A stretch of 64,000 nt of DNA from Candidatus Latescibacterota bacterium. Its GTDB lineage: Bacteria; Latescibacterota; UBA2968; GCA-2709665. The stretch spans positions 4,512,001 through 4,576,000 of the forward strand of contig OZ242358.1 of the NCBI GenBank assembly GCA_965208835.1, in the 5' to 3' direction. Both the position numbers and the translations under genes were made by a program. The notes below the pieces were generated by a model. It saw nothing but the letters and a program-made list of their open reading frames with translations. It ran no database searches and had not been told where the DNA came from. This document shows positions 57,008 to 64,000 of the stretch, in pieces; the first letter of the stretch is position 1, and every line of letters begins with the position of its first letter.

Positions 57008-59023
57008 ATGAAGAGGACCATTCGACGGACGGCGATGCTGCACTTTGAAGAGGCGAGCTTCTCCCGGGACTACGTGAAGTGGGTCGGCGAGGAGGGATTT
57101 ACCGACATTGGATTGGGGCTGAAGCCTGAAGACGATAAGATGACAGGGCAGGGATACGTCTGGGAAAAGGTCTGCCGGCTGGCGGAATGGGCCGGCGAAT
57201 TCGGGCTGGGCGTGATCGTGTTTACCGGATACATGAAATATCGCGAGACGTTTCTTCGGACCCATCCTGAACGCAGCCTCGTCTGCGTCGGGGGCAGCGG
57301 CGCCGCGTTGGACAGCGACAATATCGTGAGGACACGGTGGCTCTGTCCGTTCCAGCCCGAGAACAAGGCCGAATACGTGGACATGATTCACAAGGTGATC
57401 CGGCTGCCGGCGGTTCGGGAAATCCATCTCAATGACGAGGCCGAAATCGGGTTCTCGAATGGAGATGTGGGCTGCTATTGCGACCACTGCGTCGCGGAAT
57501 ACGAACGCGACACCGGCGAACCCCCTCCCAGGGAGGTCGACTGGGCTTCACCGTCCTGGTGGCGGTGGGTGCAGCACCGGATGGAGGCCTGGTCCGCCGT
57601 TCACGCCTTTTTTCGCGAGGGAATCAAGAAGGTGCGGCCGGACGTCGTCGTGGGCATCCAGCATTCGCCGAAGGTGGTGACTTTCAACGAAAACCCCTGG
57701 CTGTCCGGCATCGACCTGTCCCGCGACGCGGAGGCCATGGACGTCCTGTGCACCGACCCGTACCACCACATTCACTATTCCCATTTTACCTATCGCCCCA
57801 TGCGCCGCATCCAGGCGGAGGCGACGCGCGCGCTGGGCGGAGCGACGATCGGGCGTTCACTGTTCATCTATCCCCAGGGTTTCATGCCGCCCTCGGGGAG
57901 CCTGGAGTTGACACGCCGGGACGGATTCATGGCCGGTGCCGTGCCGTTTGCGCTGGGGGCGGAGAATATCTCCCCATACACGTTCGATCTTTGCCAGATC
58001 ATCCCGGGCTACTACGACGGACTGCAGGACGCCTCGCGGCTGATTCCCTATTTTGAAAAAACCCGGCCCTACAGCGCCGCCACGTTGATCAAGCCCTCCC
58101 AGACGGAAATCTACGGGTATCCCGACAAGCGATGGGGGCGGGAGTACCTGGCAATATGGCCAGACGTGATGAACCAGGTTGGGCTGCCCTGGCGATGGGT
58201 CTTCGACCGGCGGCTTCCGGATGCCGGCGAGGCGTTGAGCGGCCCGGTCATCCTTCCGGAGACCCACTGCCTGACGCGTGAACAGCGCTCCGTACTGGAA
58301 GCGCACGCGCGCGGCGGCAACGGGCTGCTCCGGGTGGGGCGGACGCCGTCCGGCGACTGGTCCGGGGAAGGCGCGCATCCGCCCCCCTCCGGCGACGAGA
58401 CAGGGCTCTCGGAGTTAAAGCCGCTCGATTCCGGCCACTCGCTGCTCAAGGGGATCGATACGCCCATCATGCTGGGGTCGGCGTTCCTGGAACCCGGTCT
58501 CGAAGGGGAGACGATCGCCGAAGTGGACGGGCGACCCGCTCTCGTAGCGGCCGAGACCAACGGACGGCGTGAGGTCTGGCTGGCGGGAACGCCCCTGTTC
58601 AACTACGTGGAACCCGGAGACCACGGAGCCGTACGGGCGCCCACGGGCGGGATGTCACTCTTGCGGAACGCGCTGGCGTGGCTGTCGGCCGAAGCGCCCG
58701 CGGCGAGGTTGTGGCCGTATCCACCAAAAAACGACTACGGAGAACTGCGCCCCTGGGACCGCCGGGACGTGCCGACGATGGAACTGTTTCCGAGTCTGGG
58801 AGATGGGTGCCTCGTCGGTCTGATCTTCAACTACCTGGGGCTGGCCTACGAGACGAATCTGGAGATGCGGGTTCCGGATGGGTCGGCGCCAAAAACGCTG
58901 GTGGATATATATTCCGGCGAGGATCTGATGGGATCCGCCGACTTCGACGGGCAAATTGTCCGGTTGCCGGTGGATATGCCCGGCGACCAGGACTTCCTGG
59001 CTGTTGAACTGCAATGGGAGTAA
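57008..59023 (+). CDS. Hypothetical GH42-like protein (TIM barrel plus trimerisation-like domain)
   Basis: LCP, LNDEAE, GCYCDHC, KKVRPD, TDPY, VILP. Confidence 0.68.
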   Translation: MKRTIRRTAMLHFEEASFSRDYVKWVGEEGFTDIGLGLKPEDDKMTGQGYVWEKVCRLAEWAGEFGLGVIVFTGYMKYRETFLRTHPERSLVCVGGSGAALDSDNIVRTRWLCPFQPENKAEYVDMIHKVIRLPAVREIHLNDEAEIGFSNGDVGCYCDHCVAEYERDTGEPPPREVDWASPSWWRWVQHRMEAWSAVHAFFREGIKKVRPDVVVGIQHSPKVVTFNENPWLSGIDLSRDAEAMDVLCTDPYHHIHYSHFTYRPMRRIQAEATRALGGATIGRSLFIYPQGFMPPSGSLELTRRDGFMAGAVPFALGAENISPYTFDLCQIIPGYYDGLQDASRLIPYFEKTRPYSAATLIKPSQTEIYGYPDKRWGREYLAIWPDVMNQVGLPWRWVFDRRLPDAGEALSGPVILPETHCLTREQRSVLEAHARGGNGLLRVGRTPSGDWSGEGAHPPPSGDETGLSELKPLDSGHSLLKGIDTPIMLGSAFLEPGLEGETIAEVDGRPALVAAETNGRREVWLAGTPLFNYVEPGDHGAVRAPTGGMSLLRNALAWLSAEAPAARLWPYPPKNDYGELRPWDRRDVPTMELFPSLGDGCLVGLIFNYLGLAYETNLEMRVPDGSAPKTLVDIYSGEDLMGSADFDGQIVRLPVDMPGDQDFLAVELQWE

Positions 59024-59080
59024 CAGTTCAGGAAGACCGGCCTATAGGTGCGAACTCGCGCAGGCATCCTTATCGGCTAT

Positions 59081-59166
59081 CGAAGCGTGGTCATTGAGCT
59101 TGTCGAAATGCCCGCAATGCGCTACCCTTCGCCGACCCTTCGACAGGCTCAGGGAGCGGCTCAGGT
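59081..59166 (-). repeat. REPIN-like doublet (reverse orientation)
   Basis: TGAGCTTGTCGAA ... TTCGACAGGCTCAGGGAGCGGCTCAGGT. Confidence 0.8.
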
Positions 59167-59885
59167 CAGGGCCTTGGATGCTACGGGCTTGAGATTCCAA
59201 CCCACAAGAAATCGCATCTGGCGCCCACGTAGTTGCGATCGAATTCCGGACTGACTCCGCAAGACATATCGGTCGCACTCAGGTAGACAGTCCGGTTACG
59301 TATAAGATACCATACCGGATTACTCCCAGAGCAGGGCGCGCTGTTCCGTCCCGCACCGATTTAAGTTATCCATCGGGGTTGGCAGGCCAGCGTAGCGGGT
59401 CCGTCCCGTGAGGGAATTCGCGCCATGCATTAGGCAGGCCCCGCGCCCAGCGGCGACTTTTCTAAAGGCGGTAAGAAGGTAGAGGGAAGCCGGTAGAAGA
59501 AATCCGTGCCCGCTACTATATGCCTTCTTGCCTCCGGCACGAGAAGAAACCTTACATGGCAGGCAATCTCTCCCCTCTCCCGTCTTACGTCTACCCGGTT
59601 TTTCAAGGAACACGCCGTAGGCAGGGAATTGGGGGAAAGGTGAATTTTGAATTTGGGTCTCGCTTTCTAATTCCGGCCTCTGGCTGATCACCGATAGCTG
59701 ATAGCGCTGTTTGATGTCGGGGATCGAAGGAATCTTGCTCTCGTTGCTATCTAAGGAGTCGCCCGCCTTGCGGTTTCTTCGGATTCTCTTTGTGCCCTTG
59801 ATTTTTCATCCTGTCCATCCTGTTCATCCATGTTGGTTTCGCCTCACGACTTAAGGCATTCCACAATAAACGGAGGAACCGAACG

Positions 59886-60731
59886 ATGTCCGAACGAGCC
59901 GACGCGCACATCCATCTGTTCGACGGAGGCTACCAGGATTCCTTTATGAAACGGCTGGGCCGGCCCGTCGATGAAGCCGTCGTCTACGCCTCCCTGGCGA
60001 AAGACCACGGGGTGAAGGCCGCGCTGATCGTCGGGTACGCGGACGTTCCATGGGCGGCGGAGAACACCCGCTATCTCACGCGGATGGCGGCCGAGTACGA
60101 CTGGGTGTATCCCGCGGCCTATTTTGATGCAGCGGAGCCCCCTACGATCGAAGCGCTGACGCAACTTCAGGCGGACGGATTCGTGGGGGTGAGCTTTTAT
60201 ATTTTCGGGCCCGAACGCGTGGACGCGCTCCTCGCCATATCGGACGAGGTCTGGCAGTGGCTGGTTTCCAGGCGCTGGCTCGTGAGCGTGAATTCCAAGG
60301 GCGACGACTGGAACGCCTGGCAGAATGTCCTTACACGACATCCGGAGTTGCGTCTCGTCCTGTCCCATCTTGGCCTGCCTCCAAAGCAGGCGGAAGCGCC
60401 CGACGCGGACGGTGCGAGAGAGGCGATGGCCAGCGTCCTGGCGCTGGCGGAATTTCCCCAGTCGCGGGTCAAGCTTAGCGGCTTCTACGCGCTGACCGAT
60501 CCGGGCCACGACTATCCGCATCACGCGGCCTGGCCCTACGTTGAAGCGCTGCTGGATGCCTACGGCGCTGGTCGTCTGCTATGGGCATCGGACTATTCGC
60601 CCTGCCTGGACTGTCTGACGTTTCCACAGACGTACGACCTGTTTTCGAAAATGCCGTTCCTCACCGATGAGGACCGGACGCGCATCGAAGGATCCAATCT
60701 TCTCGCGCTGCTGGACGAGGTCGAATATTGA
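59886..60731 (+). CDS. Amidohydrolase_2 family (sugar-lactonase-like)
   Basis: DAHIHLF, LSHLGLP, VKLSG, RLLWASDY. Confidence 0.9.
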   Translation: MSERADAHIHLFDGGYQDSFMKRLGRPVDEAVVYASLAKDHGVKAALIVGYADVPWAAENTRYLTRMAAEYDWVYPAAYFDAAEPPTIEALTQLQADGFVGVSFYIFGPERVDALLAISDEVWQWLVSRRWLVSVNSKGDDWNAWQNVLTRHPELRLVLSHLGLPPKQAEAPDADGAREAMASVLALAEFPQSRVKLSGFYALTDPGHDYPHHAAWPYVEALLDAYGAGRLLWASDYSPCLDCLTFPQTYDLFSKMPFLTDEDRTRIEGSNLLALLDEVEY

Positions 60732-60806
60732 GCCGGGCTCCGTTTCGCAACAATAAGCTCACCGGAATCGCAATTGTATTCCGAGGTCTGCCCCGGAGGT
60801 TCTGAA

Positions 60807-61799
60807 ATGCAAAAACTGGGCGTTGGGATCGTTGGCATCGGACACGCGGGACGGGAACATTTCAAGGCGTTTGACGAGAATCCGGATGCAGAGGTGCGGG
60901 CGGCCTGGGCGCCAAGTGTACGCAGACTGGACCTCTTCCCCGGCTCCATGGACCTGTTTGCCCCCACCTACGAGTCGATGCTGGAGCGTGACGACATTCA
61001 TATTATTTCCCTGTGCAGCCCCAACTACGCCCACGCCGATCAGTCGGTTGCGGCGCTTGAAGCAGGCAAGCACGTGATCTGCGAAAAACCCCTGGCGACC
61101 ACCCTGGAGGACTGCGAGCGGATCGTACGGATGGCCGACACGAAACCCTCGCTGAAGTTCATGGTGGGGCAGAGCGCGCGGTTCAATCCCATCTGCAAGA
61201 CCATCAAACGTATGTACGACGATGGAGAACTGGGTGAAGCCTTCTACGCCGAGGCGGACTATCTGCACAACATCGGGAAACGGATCAAGGACTGGTGGGT
61301 CGACGACCGGAATCCGCACTTCGGACTGATGGGCGGCGGCGTCCACCCCATCGATCTCCTGCGATGGATCGTGGGAGACATCGACGAAGTATTCACGATT
61401 TCCAACCACAAGGTGCTCGCCGAATTTCCGCACGACGATGCGTACCTGATGAATTTCCGATTCGAAAACGGATGCATGGGCAAGATGGCCGCGTTCCTGG
61501 GTTGCCAGCGGCCCTATGAGTTGAATCTGGCGATTTACGGCACAAGGGGCACCGCGATCAACGACAGGTTGTATCTCAGCAAAATCGAAGAGTTGGAGGA
61601 TTTTATCCGGCTCCCGATTACGATTCTTGCCGAGCACCCCACGTTCGGGGAAGAGATGGCGCACTTCGTGGGTTGCATTCTGAACGACGGGACGCCGATG
61701 ATCGACGTGCGGGACGGCGCGAAATCCGCGGCCACCTGCATCGCGGGTGCGGTGTCCATCGAGACCGGCAAACCCGTTCGCGTGAAGAATTCATTCTGA
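60807..61799 (+). CDS. Gfo/Idh/MocA oxidoreductase
   Basis: GIVGIG, GKHVICEKPLA, GVHPIDL. Confidence 0.93.
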   Translation: MQKLGVGIVGIGHAGREHFKAFDENPDAEVRAAWAPSVRRLDLFPGSMDLFAPTYESMLERDDIHIISLCSPNYAHADQSVAALEAGKHVICEKPLATTLEDCERIVRMADTKPSLKFMVGQSARFNPICKTIKRMYDDGELGEAFYAEADYLHNIGKRIKDWWVDDRNPHFGLMGGGVHPIDLLRWIVGDIDEVFTISNHKVLAEFPHDDAYLMNFRFENGCMGKMAAFLGCQRPYELNLAIYGTRGTAINDRLYLSKIEELEDFIRLPITILAEHPTFGEEMAHFVGCILNDGTPMIDVRDGAKSAATCIAGAVSIETGKPVRVKNSF

Positions 61800-61814
61800 A
61801 ATCCGTTCGTCAAA

Positions 61815-62138
61815 CAGTCCGTTGAAAAAGTCGCTCTGCAGGCGAGGTATGGCGTCCCGTCCCGGAGATATGTCACCATTCATCCGCCGATTCATCCCGT
61901 CTGGCGGCGTTGCCCTCGCTCGGGGACCTTGCGCAGGTCGCCTCGCTCAGGCGCCTTGCCAGCCGGGCGACTCGGCGGTCGAATTTCGGCAATCTATCTC
62001 CGGAACAGAACACTTGCCATTGTGGTCGAAGACAAGGCGCGCAACCGAGTCCCATCCTGCGATTCGGCGAGGGCGCGCAACGCCGTATTTCGACCGCAAG
62101 GGCCGGCCGCAGCCCGGATGGGCTTTTTCAACGGGCTG
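61815..62138 (+). mobile_element. MITE family A, copy 3 (324 bp) containing a complete family B element at 61852-62013
   Basis: Outer TIRs CAGTCCGTTGAAAAAG / CTTTTTCAACGGGCTG; inner TIRs GCGTCCCGTCCCGGAGATA / TATCTCCGGAACAGAACAC. Confidence 0.9.
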
Positions 62139-62152
62139 CTAAGGAGAACCCG

Positions 62153-62950
62153 ATGAAGCTATCGCTGTCCGGTCGCCTGATTGAAATGACGAAGCAGTCC
62201 TATGCGATGACGGTGGAAGAATTCCTGGCGCTTACGGTCAGCGCGGGCTATGAGGGCGTGCACCTGAGGGACGGTCAGATCGATCACCTCATCAGGGACG
62301 AACGCTTCGATGAGGTTGAAGCCCTCTATGCCGGGCACGGGCTGGGCTGCAGCATGCTCTGGGGACGGCTGGATTCGGCTTCGTTCGACGCGGACCTGAC
62401 CGGAAAGAAACTGGCGCTTCTTCCGCGTGTCGGACTGGACCAGTTGATGATCGGGTATCCCACGGATATCGAATTGATCCGTGAGTGGTGTGACCTGGCC
62501 GCACGGCAGGAAATCACGCTTGTCATCGCATGTCATTTCAACAGCATGTTCGAGGATATCCTCCGCGCCCGAGATTTCGTCAGGAAGGTGGACCGCCCGA
62601 ACCTCGGGCTGAACGTCGATCCGCTGAATATCCACATGGCCGAGCAGGACTACGGCCTGGCCACCCTGGAACAGGTGCGGGACCTGCTGAGCATCGTCAA
62701 CGTACAGGGCGGCGTACTGCACCAGGGCGAACAGACCATTATCCGGTATTACCTGAAGACCACCCCGACGTTCCGCAGGGTGTACCTGTGCGACGAGGAC
62801 CATCTCGACATCCCGCGATTCATATCGAATCTGAAGACCATCGGATATGATGGTTACGTCAACGTCCTCGAGCCGTATTCAAAGGACGAAGACCCCTCTC
62901 GCGTGGCGACGGAAACGGCCCGGTTGCTGCAGGGATATATCGATGGTTGA
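62153..62950 (+). CDS. Sugar phosphate isomerase/epimerase-type TIM barrel (AP_endonuc_2)
   Basis: AAGGAG RBS; AGYEGV, VDRPNLGLNVDPLN, LKTIGYDGYVNVLE. Confidence 0.82.
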   Translation: MKLSLSGRLIEMTKQSYAMTVEEFLALTVSAGYEGVHLRDGQIDHLIRDERFDEVEALYAGHGLGCSMLWGRLDSASFDADLTGKKLALLPRVGLDQLMIGYPTDIELIREWCDLAARQEITLVIACHFNSMFEDILRARDFVRKVDRPNLGLNVDPLNIHMAEQDYGLATLEQVRDLLSIVNVQGGVLHQGEQTIIRYYLKTTPTFRRVYLCDEDHLDIPRFISNLKTIGYDGYVNVLEPYSKDEDPSRVATETARLLQGYIDG

Positions 62951-63032
62951 TGGCAGCCAGATGGCTCCCTCTCCGGGGTCCGCACGTTCCAAAGAATCTC
63001 ATCAATTTTTCTAATAGCAGATTGAAAAAGAC

Positions 63033-63060
63033 TTGACATCGATAATTCTCGTCCATTAAT
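63033..63060 (+). promoter_or_regulatory. Putative sigma70 promoter
   Basis: TTGACA, 16-nt spacer, ATTAAT, in AT-rich intergenic DNA. Confidence 0.5.
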
Positions 63061-63258
63061 TGCGATTCGTAGGAATATTACTATCGTGATTTATTCGGAA
63101 TCATTTCCCACCTTATTCATCGAACAACTACGCATAGACGCCGGACGATAACACTGCAAGGAGGTGATGATCCGACAGGATTGATGGTGCGTTTTGCCTG
63201 ATGGCACCGGAATGTCCGGATGTTGCTCGTGACATCTGAATTTTGGAGGAGGTTGAAT

Positions 63259-63975
63259 ATGCGTAACGGTGTGTTGGTATGTATGGCAGCGGCGCTGCTG
63301 CTGCTTTCGGCGGGAACGGTCTACGGGGGCGGTGTGGCCGGAAGTTGGGGGCTCGGGATGTTCCTGGACTACAACCGGTCGATCTTCAAGCTGAAAGACT
63401 GGTATGAAACCGGCCGGGGGCAGGCAGGCGTCGTGTTCACCTACGTGATGAGTCCTAGGACCAGCGTGGAGATGGAGTTTCACCGGTCAATATTCGAGAA
63501 CGGAGCACTGGAAGACACCCCGTTTACCTGGCCCGTAGACGGCAGAGACTATAAGTCACCTGATGCTGCGAGCGAGATGCGTATCAGCAGCTTTCTGGTG
63601 AACGCGGTGGTCAGACGAGGAGGCGGAGGCATCCTTGCAAAGGAGAAGTATTCCACCTACGTGACCGTCGGCGCGGGCTTCTACGACTACAAGACGGACG
63701 TAAGCGGCCTGATCTTTCCGGGGCAACGCGAGGCGCCCCTGGACAAGGATCTGGTGATCGAGCCGTTCAGCGATTCGCGCACGGCACTGGGCGCCAACGT
63801 GGGCCTGGGTGTGGAGGCGTTCGTGTTCGATAACATTTCGCTGGATGTGCGCGCGCGGTACAATCTCCTGCTGGGCGAGTTAAGGCCGATGGAGGCGTGG
63901 GGTCTCGAAGGCCAGACGTTTCCGATGCAGTTCCTGAATGCGCGCGGGGGCATCCGGTTCTACTTCGAGAAATAG
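63259..63975 (+). CDS. Outer-membrane beta-barrel protein
   Basis: GGAGGAGG RBS, signal peptide, YVTVGAGFY, GANVGLGVE, terminal IRFYF. Confidence 0.8.
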   Translation: MRNGVLVCMAAALLLLSAGTVYGGGVAGSWGLGMFLDYNRSIFKLKDWYETGRGQAGVVFTYVMSPRTSVEMEFHRSIFENGALEDTPFTWPVDGRDYKSPDAASEMRISSFLVNAVVRRGGGGILAKEKYSTYVTVGAGFYDYKTDVSGLIFPGQREAPLDKDLVIEPFSDSRTALGANVGLGVEAFVFDNISLDVRARYNLLLGELRPMEAWGLEGQTFPMQFLNARGGIRFYFEK

Positions 63976-64000
63976 CAACGCAGGCGTGACATTGAAAGAG

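Noticed and set aside
59320-59691. 123-aa minus-strand ORF
   Set aside because: No RBS, no motifs and atypical composition

Overview
A GC-rich bacterial chromosomal window with about 50 credible CDSs. I saw no rRNA, tRNA, CRISPR array or transposase gene. Gene content is mostly small-molecule and carbohydrate catabolism: Gfo/Idh/MocA oxidoreductases, amidohydrolases, class III aminotransferases, a GH33-type sialidase, a CocE/NonD hydrolase, a polyol dehydrogenase, a YiaK-like enzyme and a 2-oxoacid dehydrogenase E1a/E1b/E2 set. It also holds many large unannotated enzyme-like proteins, a few housekeeping genes (sthA, RluA family, msrB, psd), a vapBC-type toxin-antitoxin pair, a GWxTD/TPR protein, and a secreted protein with 11 near-identical Ig-like repeats and a DM13-like tip. 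The style (GWxTD protein, dockerin-like 'DFDxNGxVxFxDFLxF' module, many REP-like elements) suggests a Latescibacterota-like lineage, but that is inference. The most striking unexplained structure is in the non-coding DNA. Three MITE families are present, and one is nested inside another and seen in empty, full and deleted states. All five full-length elements abut ribosome-binding sites. There are also REPIN-like doublets, 8-9-nt periodic micro-repeats and two candidate structured RNAs. Notable protein oddities are a 7-repeat 'FDGRYVYF' propeller inserted inside a LamG domain and a channel-like protein with a non-canonical selectivity filter. All product calls come from motif recognition by eye, not database searches.
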